In this document: positions 45,751-52,785 of the stretch, one piece after another
How the letters are laid out: every line of letters starts with the position of its first letter
How positions within the stretch are numbered: position 1 is the first letter of the stretch
Source: a virus
Lineage: Duplodnaviria > Caudoviricetes
Reading direction: 5' to 3' (one strand)
DNA: 52,785 nt
IMG/VR virus record: IMGVR_UViG_3300048837_000489
Location: 1 to 52,785 of that record
Program-made: the position numbers and the translations under genes
The notes under the pieces: model-generated
The model's database searches: none
Told to the model about the DNA's origin: nothing
Seen by the model: only the letters and a program-made list of their open reading frames with translations

Positions 45751-46262
45751 TCTGCAACCCTCGCAACAATCGGTGCCGCAACGCTGTCCACGTCACCAAG
45801 GTCGAATCGAAATAAATAGGCGTCTTCGGTTGAATCCAGATAGAAATCCTTCAGCACTGAGATAGCTCGGAATCCCATCCGGTGAAAGAAAAGTTGCGCA
45901 TCCAGGTTGGATTCGCGAACCTCAAGCATGATCCGATTTCGCCGCTGGAATGACAGCTTGCCAAGTAGCTCGTCAATCATCGCCATGCCGACGTTTCGGT
46001 TTTGCATCGACGGCAGGACCGCGAAGTTGAGGATATGCAAGCGGTTCTTGTGCAGTTCGTAAATCATGAACCCAGCGATTTTCTCCTCGTATTCCGCCAC
46101 CATGCCGATGCAATTACGCTCTCGCAGACAGCGGATGAAGTCGTCCTCCTGCCAGGGGAATTGGAAGCAGAGGTTTTCAATCTCTTGCACCTCTGGCATG
46201 TCTCGGCGAATCATCCAGCGAATATGGATTTTGTTGAGTGGGATTTTAGGATTGGTCTGCAT
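45747..46262 (-). CDS. rimI: RimI-like N-acetyltransferase (GNAT)
   Basis: ILNFAV.P..Q...VG, LEVRESNLDAQLFF...GF and FY....EDAY. Confidence 0.88.
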   Translation of the reverse strand: MQTNPKIPLNKIHIRWMIRRDMPEVQEIENLCFQFPWQEDDFIRCLRERNCIGMVAEYEEKIAGFMIYELHKNRLHILNFAVLPSMQNRNVGMAMIDELLGKLSFQRRNRIMLEVRESNLDAQLFFHRMGFRAISVLKDFYLDSTEDAYLFRFDLGDVDSVAAPIVARVAE

Positions 46263-46488
46263 GTTCGATTTCCTCCGTGTCAAGTTCGTCCGCCTCTTCT
46301 GCCTCCAGGGTGATGGGAATCACTCCCGTCTCATCGCAGGCTACACACGGCGCACCGCCCGTCCCGTCGCATGTCGAGCAAGCCGATCCGCGAAAACTGG
46401 GAGATTCGCCAGTGCCAGAACACCAGCCGCATAGGAGGTGGCCGTCGCCTTCGCATTCAGGACATGGTTTGCATGGTGCGCGAGTCAT
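46246..46488 (-). CDS. Small DnaJ-type zinc-finger protein
   Basis: Four CxxCxxxG repeats and an acidic tail; ATGA-coupled start. Confidence 0.65.
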   Translation of the reverse strand: MTRAPCKPCPECEGDGHLLCGWCSGTGESPSFRGSACSTCDGTGGAPCVACDETGVIPITLEAEEADELDTEEIEHADQS

Positions 46489-46697
46489 AAGGCTCTCTCC
46501 AGACGGGTTTTCAGTTCGCACAATTTCATAATCTCGCGCGTCCGCGATTGATCCACGCGATGACGCTGCTTCGATTCGAGGTCGTCGATTCGATAGTCGA
46601 TGCACTCGCGGATTCGGCAGAAGTCGCCGCTGGTTAGCATGTTCGCGGGTTGCACGAGCTTGCCGTCGATCGTGGTTGGTGTTGTTCCGCCGTTCAT
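46485..46697 (-). CDS. Hypothetical protein
   Basis: ATGA-coupled ORF. Confidence 0.55.
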   Translation of the reverse strand: MNGGTTPTTIDGKLVQPANMLTSGDFCRIRECIDYRIDDLESKQRHRVDQSRTREIMKLCELKTRLERAL

Positions 46698-46903
46698 GCC
46701 GTATCCGCTCCTTTCCGCGGCGAGCCGTCGCCGTACTCGCGGAGACAGGTCTGCGCAGCGTCGATGGCGAGGTCGAGGTTCTTCCGCGAGACGTAGTTGG
46801 CCAACGCGCCGAGCAGGTAGTTCTTCGCACTGTCGTTTAGCTCAAGCGGCACTGTGCGTAAGAACTGCTGAATGACTTTTACGTTTTCTCGTTCGTCGTT
46901 CAT
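46694..46903 (-). CDS. Hypothetical protein
   Basis: GGGAG upstream; coupled to its neighbours. Confidence 0.55.
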   Translation of the reverse strand: MNDERENVKVIQQFLRTVPLELNDSAKNYLLGALANYVSRKNLDLAIDAAQTCLREYGDGSPRKGADTA

Positions 46904-46906
46904 GCT

Positions 46907-47191
46907 TTACTCCCCGTCTTTCAATCCTAAATACTCGCATCCGTCTGCGAGTCGCTGTCCCCACGGTTTTCCGCGCACCTGCGGTTCACGCAACCGCGTA
47001 TCTGCGCTCTGTTTTCGAGCTTCGTGAGACTGAGGACACTTGTGATTCGCGCGATCAGATTTTGGTCCGGCGTACTCGATTGGCTTGCCGCACGAAATAC
47101 AACGCATAAGCTTGCCGTCGACCTTGCATAGAAAGTAATCGCCGCACTGCACGTACTCGACTTTTCCGAGATATTTCAATGAATTCGTCAT
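46907..47191 (-). CDS. Small zinc-binding protein (paralog of 44768-45040)
   Basis: Same motif set as its paralog. Confidence 0.65.
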   Translation of the reverse strand: MTNSLKYLGKVEYVQCGDYFLCKVDGKLMRCISCGKPIEYAGPKSDRANHKCPQSHEARKQSADTRLREPQVRGKPWGQRLADGCEYLGLKDGE

Positions 47192-48225
47192 GCCGCTTCA
47201 CGTCCTTTCTTATGCTGCTCGTGTAACGCCTTTATTTTCTCAGGTGTAATATTTGGCAATTCCTTGAATCGCTCGAAATCAATCTCCGCATCCAATGCCA
47301 GTGCCTTGCACAAACCCAAATACTGCGGGAATTTGTCGCAGTATTCCTCGCTGGTAAATTCAGTCGGTTCGTCGAATGAAAGGACTTTGGGTGCGGATGT
47401 GCAGAAGAACCCGGACGAGCAGTTAGTCGCATTGCCGTTGCCGGTGTTGCCGTCGCCGGTGTTGCCGTAGCCGGTGTTGCGGTTGCCGGTGTTGCCGTCG
47501 CCGGTGTTGCCGTCGCCGGTGTTGCCGTAGCCGGTGTTGCGGTTGCCGGTGTTGCCGTCGCCGGTGTTGCCGTAGCCGGTGTTGCCGTCGCCGGTGTTGC
47601 CGTAGCCGGTGTTGCGGTTGCCGGTGTTGCCGTCGCCGGTGTTGCCGTAGCCGGTGTTGCGGTTGCCGGTGTTGCCGTAGCCGGTGTTGCCGTCGCCGGT
47701 GTTGCGGTTGCCGGTGTTGCGGTTGCCGGTGTTGCCGTAGCCGGTGTTGCGGTTGCCGGTGTTGCCGTCGCCGGTGTTGCGGTTGCCGGTGTTGCCGTAG
47801 CCGGTGTTGCCGTCGCCGGTGTTGCGGTTGCCGGTGTTGCCGTCGCCGGTGTTGCCGTAGCCGGTGTTGCGGTTGCCGGTGTTGCCGTCGCCGGTGTTGC
47901 CGTAGCCGGTGTTGCGGTTGCCGACAATTCTCAGTTCTTCCACCAAGCGAATACGCTTGCATACTCGCTTGTGATCTGCTCCTGGTTTCGTCGGCAGGTC
48001 GAGAATCTGCTCCGCTTCAACTTTCCAGATTCGTGTTTCATGGTCGCTGCAGTAGGCCCACGGCCCGCTGGGATGGTCACAGAAGTGGAAGCCCGCACCG
48101 CACAATGCAATCTCGCCTTCGTGTTCATGCCACTCGCCGGGCGTGAATTGAAAGTTCAGACATTGAATGTCTTTGTTGGTGGCTTTATAGCCGGTCATTC
48201 GTTCGATGAATTTTTTTCCGCTCAT
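47188..48225 (-). CDS. GxxNT pentapeptide-repeat protein
   Basis: N-terminal GYKA...C..FQF..G...C..GFHFC domain, 32 pentapeptides, then an SGFFC tail domain. Confidence 0.85.
   Translation of the reverse strand: MSGKKFIERMTGYKATNKDIQCLNFQFTPGEWHEHEGEIALCGAGFHFCDHPSGPWAYCSDHETRIWKVEAEQILDLPTKPGADHKRVCKRIRLVEELRIVGNRNTGYGNTGDGNTGNRNTGYGNTGDGNTGNRNTGDGNTGYGNTGNRNTGDGNTGNRNTGYGNTGNRNTGNRNTGDGNTGYGNTGNRNTGYGNTGDGNTGNRNTGYGNTGDGNTGYGNTGDGNTGNRNTGYGNTGDGNTGDGNTGNRNTGYGNTGDGNTGNGNATNCSSGFFCTSAPKVLSFDEPTEFTSEEYCDKFPQYLGLCKALALDAEIDFERFKELPNITPEKIKALHEQHKKGREAA
47443..47922 (-). repeat. 32 x 15-bp tandem array built from three invariant units
   Basis: Units are GGCAACCGCAACACC (GNRNT), GGCTACGGCAACACC (GYGNT) and GGCGACGGCAACACC (GDGNT). 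Confidence 0.95.
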
Positions 48226-48428
48226 GCCGCTTCCCGTCCTTTCCTTTGCTCACCATCCCGGTCAACCCGCTCCTGCACTTCCTGCCGGTGCACGGCGACT
48301 TCACGATCCGCGGCCACGCCGATCCGTGCCTTGCCGCTGCGAACGTCTAGGAGCGTGACGTAGATTGGCGAGCAGCCAGGTGGGGTGATGATGATGGTTT
48401 CGTTTTCGTGGCGAGTGAGAACTAACAT
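48222..48428 (-). CDS. csrA: Carbon storage regulator CsrA/RsmA
   Basis: MLVLTR..NETI.I...ARIGV.A...VAVHRQEV signature. Confidence 0.92.
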   Translation of the reverse strand: MLVLTRHENETIIITPPGCSPIYVTLLDVRSGKARIGVAADREVAVHRQEVQERVDRDGEQRKGREAA

Positions 48429-48691
48429 TGCTAAACCCTCCGTAACAAATCGAAGTGAGCGGACCTACGGCGGCGCGAGAACAACTCGACACCGCCGGTT
48501 CAGTCCGTTTCGTCGGCTCCTTGCCGACGCATCCGATTAACTCACTCCGAGTTCCTAAGCATCCATGTAGCCGCGTCGTGCGTGACGGGGCGCAGTGCTT
48601 GGTTGAAAAGTTGCGGGCCGCTGTATCGATCAGCGTTTAACGAGCGTATGAAACTCGTGAGATTGCCAAACCTCCCACCCGCAAAGGTGAA

Positions 48692-49264
48692 CTACGATCT
48701 GCTTACAAATCGCCGAGGCGTTTCAAAGCCAAGTTCGGTTGTTTCGAGATGTTCAATTCGTCGCGTTTTGTGGTGACGGCGCGCCGACATTTGATTCAAG
48801 CTGTCCGGGTGAAGGTCGAATCGGAGAAGGCGGACAAGTTCGTGTTTTGTAATGTCACGAACAAATAAGCTTCCATCGCTTCGAAATCGTCCCCATTTAA
48901 TCTGGCTGTCATCTGGTGCGCGGCCGGTGAAAATCAAGACGCTCACGCCAAAGTGCCATACCGCTCGCATTGCTTTTCCGCCGACCATCATGAGCGACTT
49001 TTTGCCTTGCTTAGCTTGGAAAAACTGGTGCTGAAACCATAACGATTCGTGTTGAGAAGTCGTCAGGTTTGTGCTGAACGTCTTCACTTCCAGGAACATC
49101 ATGTAATTGATTTCTCGACTTCCAACCGAATCAATTTCTGGCTTATATCGGTGAATCACCCAATCAATATCACTGGCAACGAAGTGCTGCGAGCTAAGTT
49201 CAGGCTGGCAGCGAAGCCATGCTCCAAACGGTGAATCGTTGCCATCCCTCCGGTGAATTGTCAT
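48692..49264 (-). CDS. PD-(D/E)XK-type nuclease-like protein
   Basis: SDID...FLEVK.......SQ; ATGA-coupled to the methyltransferase gene. Confidence 0.65.
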   Translation of the reverse strand: MTIHRRDGNDSPFGAWLRCQPELSSQHFVASDIDWVIHRYKPEIDSVGSREINYMMFLEVKTFSTNLTTSQHESLWFQHQFFQAKQGKKSLMMVGGKAMRAVWHFGVSVLIFTGRAPDDSQIKWGRFRSDGSLFVRDITKHELVRLLRFDLHPDSLNQMSARRHHKTRRIEHLETTELGFETPRRFVSRS

Positions 49265-50526
49265 TGAACCCTCCATACAACGATCTCTCGCGTTAATACC
49301 AAGCATTGCTTGGCGTCCTTCGCCCACTCAACCATTTGTGCGTTACATTGCTGGGATTCGTAGGGAACGCTGTATCGCATCTCCACTGGCAGCCTCACCG
49401 CTCGTAGCATGTCGCTGACGTGATCGATGAATTCGCGGTTGGGAGACTTCCACTGCGTTGGCTGGATGATGAGCGCGATGTACGCGCCGCTTAGCTTCTT
49501 AGCGAAGTCGCTAATGATGCCAGTCAGGGACTTGTTGAATTCGTCCAGCGGCATGTTTGCGAGGTCGGTTGGATCGTTGCTGTACTGGCCTTCCGCCTGC
49601 TTCCAATAAGGTGGATCGAGGTAGACGAGTTTCACATCTTTCCACTGCGGCGGTTTCGGTAGTCCGCTCGTTAAGTCGTGAGTGCGAATCTCTTTTTCGC
49701 GTTCCACGATTGGCTTGCGATCACTGACGAAGTATCGACGCAAACGCTTCTTGCAGATGTCAATAGTCGAGCCACCACCCGCGAACGGATCGACGACGAC
49801 ATCAAAAGGCGACGTGTAGAGATACAGCAAGTTATCGAGCCATCGCACTTCCGAATTGCCGAAGTGCGATGAGCCGGAAGTCTTCTCTTGCTGCTTCCAG
49901 ATGTTGTAGATGGGTGGCGTGAAGTCGGTCGCGTGTTCAGCGGCGGCGCGTTGAGGTTTGTTCGCTTTTTCCAGTTCTGTAAAAACCGAACAAACTTCGC
50001 TCAGTTGTGCCTTGCTGATGTTTTCGCTTTCCGCAATTTCATCAAGCGTCCAGCACGCGAGCCACTTATCGAAGATGCGATTATTCCGCTTCTCCTTCGT
50101 GTCCTTATCAATGCGCGACAACCACGAAGCAATTGTTGAATCGCTTACCGAAAGAATCTTGGCAAGCTGCTTCTTCTTCTCGCTGCGATCCTTCTCCGGC
50201 GTTCCGTTGTAAATCTTGAACGCCATGTCCTTCTTATCCGCTTGGCTTAATTGCAAGCCGTGCGTGGCGTTCGTCTCAATCGCCTTTTCGAGCAAGTCGG
50301 AATCGCTGGACGTCTTGACGATGATGGCTTCGATCTCATCGACGCCGTTCTTCTTATGAGCGGTCCAACGATGCCAGCCGTCGATTAATTCTTTGTTCTG
50401 GTTGACCGTGATCGGCGGAAGAACGCTAAGGTCTTCTGCATACTTCTGTACCGTGGTCGCGCTCGTTTCGATGCGCGGGTACAGGTCTTCACGAAATACA
50501 ACGTCGATGACCTTGATCTTGGCCAT
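49261..50526 (-). CDS. ParB-like N-terminus, HTH and amino-methyltransferase fusion
   Basis: PPITV...LIDGWHRW (ParB); LAKILSVSDSTIASW (HTH); VVDPFAGGGST (motif I) and LDPPYW (motif IV). Start at 50526. Confidence 0.85.
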   Translation of the reverse strand: MAKIKVIDVVFREDLYPRIETSATTVQKYAEDLSVLPPITVNQNKELIDGWHRWTAHKKNGVDEIEAIIVKTSSDSDLLEKAIETNATHGLQLSQADKKDMAFKIYNGTPEKDRSEKKKQLAKILSVSDSTIASWLSRIDKDTKEKRNNRIFDKWLACWTLDEIAESENISKAQLSEVCSVFTELEKANKPQRAAAEHATDFTPPIYNIWKQQEKTSGSSHFGNSEVRWLDNLLYLYTSPFDVVVDPFAGGGSTIDICKKRLRRYFVSDRKPIVEREKEIRTHDLTSGLPKPPQWKDVKLVYLDPPYWKQAEGQYSNDPTDLANMPLDEFNKSLTGIISDFAKKLSGAYIALIIQPTQWKSPNREFIDHVSDMLRAVRLPVEMRYSVPYESQQCNAQMVEWAKDAKQCLVLTREIVVWRVQ

Positions 50527-50640
50527 AAGGCGCAATCCTTGCCGGTGAGAGTCACGCGACAACAGCCGAGAACGGCTAAGAGTCGCAGAAGCTTTTTTCA
50601 TTCGTCAGGCTTGGCTACCACACCAAACCCAACGCGAGCA

Positions 50641-50670
50641 AATGTACGCTAAAGCGTATCGGCAAGTCAA
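50641..50670 (-). promoter_or_regulatory. Early promoter overlapped by a palindromic operator
   Basis: TTGACT-18nt-TACATT. TGTACGCTAAAGCGTAT at 50643-50659. Confidence 0.65.
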
Positions 50671-50921
50671 GCCGTCTGGCGAGAATTTTTCTTTTTCATG
50701 CCAAGAATTTCATCGGCGGTCGTCTTGAGCGCTTCCGCTAGATTGGCTACCAGCCCGCCTCCAGGCATCTTTCGCCCGTTGATGGCATCGTTGATAGTCA
50801 TTACGCCGTAACCAGTTAGGTCGGCAAGTTCGCGCTGTGTCATGCCACGATCGGCCACCAGTCGCTTTAGATTGGCGGAGACAATGGCCTTGCGTTCTTC
50901 GTCGGTGAGCACAGTTGACAT
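50667..50921 (-). CDS. XRE-family HTH repressor
   Basis: NLKRL...RGMTQRELADLTG.....I...ING...P.......LAEAL.....EILG. Confidence 0.9.
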   Translation of the reverse strand: MSTVLTDEERKAIVSANLKRLVADRGMTQRELADLTGYGVMTINDAINGRKMPGGGLVANLAEALKTTADEILGMKKKNSRQTA

Positions 50922-50927
50922 GCTCCC

Positions 50928-50955
50928 AGTGTACGATATAGCGTATAGAAAGCAA
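50928..50955 (-). promoter_or_regulatory. Repressor promoter with a second operator copy
   Basis: TGTACGATATAGCGTAT at 50930-50946 matches the other copy at 15/17. TTGCTT...TACACT ends 6 nt before the ATG. Confidence 0.6.
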
Positions 50956-51057
50956 GAGAGACGAAGCGGGTGGTAGCCGGCGCTTCTGCGTGCCGGAGCC
51001 GTTAAGCTTCCGCTTCGTCATCTCTTGACTGCTTCATCCCCTCACGGAGAATCTCAA

Positions 51058-51288
51058 ATGTCTGATCCTGCTGTCGTCCTTGCCGATGCCGTTCCCGATT
51101 CACCGCTAATCCGCCTTGCCAGCACTCACTTGCTGCACGCGCGGTCAACACCTACCGGCATCGAATTTGTCGTTGTGCAATGCTGGATCACCACTGAAAC
51201 AGCAGCCTTGATTGCCAATGACGATTCAATCGTCGAGAAACTCGTTAAGCGGATTCCTGCGGAAACTCCCGCTCCAGAATCTCCTTGA
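51058..51288 (+). CDS. Hypothetical protein
   Basis: GGAG followed by ATG at 51058. Confidence 0.4.
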   Translation: MSDPAVVLADAVPDSPLIRLASTHLLHARSTPTGIEFVVVQCWITTETAALIANDDSIVEKLVKRIPAETPAPESP

Positions 51289-51439
51289 CCATTTCCGAGC
51301 CAAGTACACTCGCCCCTGGCCGCAACATTTCATTGGGTCCAGTCCAAATTGCGGTCAGGCGGCTCCGGCTGCTGTCGTCGCCAAATAACATCGCGTTCAA
51401 CTCGGCTTCACGTGCCTCTCGGCTAACATTGTCCGCCAT
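51245..51439 (-). CDS. Hypothetical protein
   Basis: AGGAAAGGG upstream of the ATG; 64 aa. Confidence 0.45.
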   Translation of the reverse strand: MADNVSREAREAELNAMLFGDDSSRSRLTAIWTGPNEMLRPGASVLGSEMVKEILEREFPQESA

Positions 51440-51661
51440 AAATTACCCTTTCCTGTTGCACACCACTTACCCACCAACTATTGTTTAGCGTTATCGCATT
51501 TTTCCAGGGAAAATCGCTGTTTTCGCATAGTACCCCCAAGCACAATCTAGGAGTATTTAAGGGGTATTTCAGGACTTTGAGGACAGTTTGGACGCTGGTT
51601 CCACGGACGTTTTTTACAACCTACCTTTGGTTGTTAAGTTTCTTCTGTGGAGGTATTCCAA

Positions 51662-52573
51662 ATGTCCGATGTTTCTCTGCGTGATTTCTACAACCGTTAC
51701 TATCGGCCTATCCAACTCGCACAGGCGTCCTGCGACTGCAAAAAGCAGTATCTACAGAACATTCGGAAGGCAGACGACGCGGCAGGTGGAACTTGTCGCC
51801 TTTCCGATCTCTCCGATGACTTGCTCGCGCGGGTCTGCGGGCGATTGCTGTCCGAAGGTCGCTCACCGGCCACCGCGAACAAGGTCCGCTCCCAGTTGGT
51901 AGCGCTCTGGAACTTTGCCGCGCGGCGAGGGCTGGTTACGACTTGGCCAACTCTGCGGAAATATCGCGAGTACAAACGCGAGCCAACCGCCTGGACGCGC
52001 GAGCAACTTACCCGGCTCTTTGCGGTGGCCGCTTCCAGGAAGGGGTCCATCGGTCGCGTCCCGGCTTCACTCTGGTGGCTCACTCTGCTATCCCTGCTTT
52101 GGGACACCGGGCTGCGGATCGGCGCGGCGCTCCAACTCCGCTGGCAGCAAGTGGACTTTGAACGGGGGTATGTGCTGGCGCTCGCTGAACAACAAAAGCA
52201 GGGTGCGGACCAATGGTTCCGGCTGCATCCTGATACGTTGAAAATCCTTCGACTCCTTGAAGGCTACGCCACAGAGGGCTGCCAGGAGAAGGAAAACGGG
52301 CCGATATTCCGTTGGCCGCGCGCGATCTGCACGCTATGGAACGCCTACAAGGATTTGCTCACGGCGGCGGGATTACCGAACGGTCGCCGGGATAAGTTCC
52401 ATAGAATTCGCCGTTCCGTCGCCACGCACTACGAAGTTGCCGGGGGAAATGCTACGGAATTGCTGGGGCATTCGTGCCGCGCGGTGACGAAATCCTACCT
52501 GGACGCCACGATTACCGGGAAGGTTTGGGCGGCGGATTTATTGTTTCGGCCGGACGGGAGGGATTCCGCTTGA
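51662..52573 (+). CDS. int: Tyrosine recombinase/integrase
   Basis: SPATAN, TGLRIG (R), FHRIRR (HxxR), LLGHS and SYL (Y); GGAGGT upstream of the ATG at 51662. Confidence 0.92.
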   Translation: MSDVSLRDFYNRYYRPIQLAQASCDCKKQYLQNIRKADDAAGGTCRLSDLSDDLLARVCGRLLSEGRSPATANKVRSQLVALWNFAARRGLVTTWPTLRKYREYKREPTAWTREQLTRLFAVAASRKGSIGRVPASLWWLTLLSLLWDTGLRIGAALQLRWQQVDFERGYVLALAEQQKQGADQWFRLHPDTLKILRLLEGYATEGCQEKENGPIFRWPRAICTLWNAYKDLLTAAGLPNGRRDKFHRIRRSVATHYEVAGGNATELLGHSCRAVTKSYLDATITGKVWAADLLFRPDGRDSA

Positions 52574-52739
52574 TTCCGCCCCCATTGGGGTGTAGGGTGG
52601 TTTCCGATATTTCCTCCACTCCGGCGAATAGCAAGCGATGAACGCCACAACAGCCACCTACCCCTTCCCGTTGGCCGAAATTTGCTAGCCACCCGATAGC
52701 GGCATGGCTAGCCCGCGCCGTTTGGTATCTGCTGGCGGG

Positions 52740-52785
52740 ATGGTGGAATTCTCCAACAACTCGGCCAACCCGTATGAGTCGCCGC
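52740..52785 (+). CDS. Possible start of a truncated ORF (MVEFSNNSANPYESP)
   Basis: NPYxSP is a frequent N-terminal motif of planctomycete membrane proteins. Only 15 codons are visible. Confidence 0.35.
   Translation, partial: MVEFSNNSANPYESP

Larger units (their letters stand above)
1..52573. mobile_element. Temperate Caudoviricetes phage/prophage with Mu-like neck and head-morphogenesis genes and a tyrosine integrase; left end truncated by the window
   Basis: Contiguous integrase, repressor, replication, terminase, capsid, portal and tail genes. No att site identified. Confidence 0.93.

Noticed and set aside
47232-47962. Long PATAT and RQH repeat ORFs, and a possible CRISPR-like array
   Set aside because: These are alternative frames of the 15-bp repeat. 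Only the GxxNT frame has flanking domains and coupled start and stop codons. There are no unique spacers and no cas genes.
51440-51660. AT-rich region upstream of the integrase as an att site
   Set aside because: Plausible, but no core repeat or arm-type sites could be identified by eye.
52731-52752. GGCGGGATGGTGGAATT resembles a tRNA-Leu 5' end or an att core
   Set aside because: It does not continue into a D-arm or cloverleaf, and no second copy was seen. It reads better as an ORF start.

Overview
The window is most of a temperate tailed phage or prophage genome of about 60% GC, with a host that is probably a Planctomycete (inferred from RimI, CsrA, the C1 peptidase, and an NPYESP-starting ORF at the right edge). 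Almost all genes lie on the minus strand. From right to left: tyrosine integrase (+ strand); XRE repressor flanked by two matching operators; ParB-methyltransferase plus PD-(D/E)XK nuclease; CsrA; a GxxNT pentapeptide-repeat protein; RimI; a recombination and replication module (exonuclease, RecT-like annealase, SSB-like, RecD2, ERCC4, P4-type primase-helicase, iteron array); a late promoter followed by a terminator; a putative lysis module with a papain-like peptidase; accessory virion proteins; terminase with a class 3 intein; protease/scaffold, decoration and major capsid proteins; Mu-like neck and tail genes; a frameshifted tail chaperone; and a portal-2H phosphoesterase-MuF-cargo polyprotein. 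The tail region runs off the left edge. The top candidate for a new system is at 25571-26086. A tRNA-like gene there has an 8-nt anticodon loop (quadruplet anticodon UUCA) and lies 7 nt downstream of a basic protein gene. That gene's leader reads SD-AUG-UUG-UGAA-C-R-P-P-stop, followed by a hairpin that sequesters its RBS. This looks like a translational switch gated by the phage's own quadruplet-decoding tRNA. All family assignments are by-eye motif recognition; no database searches were run.
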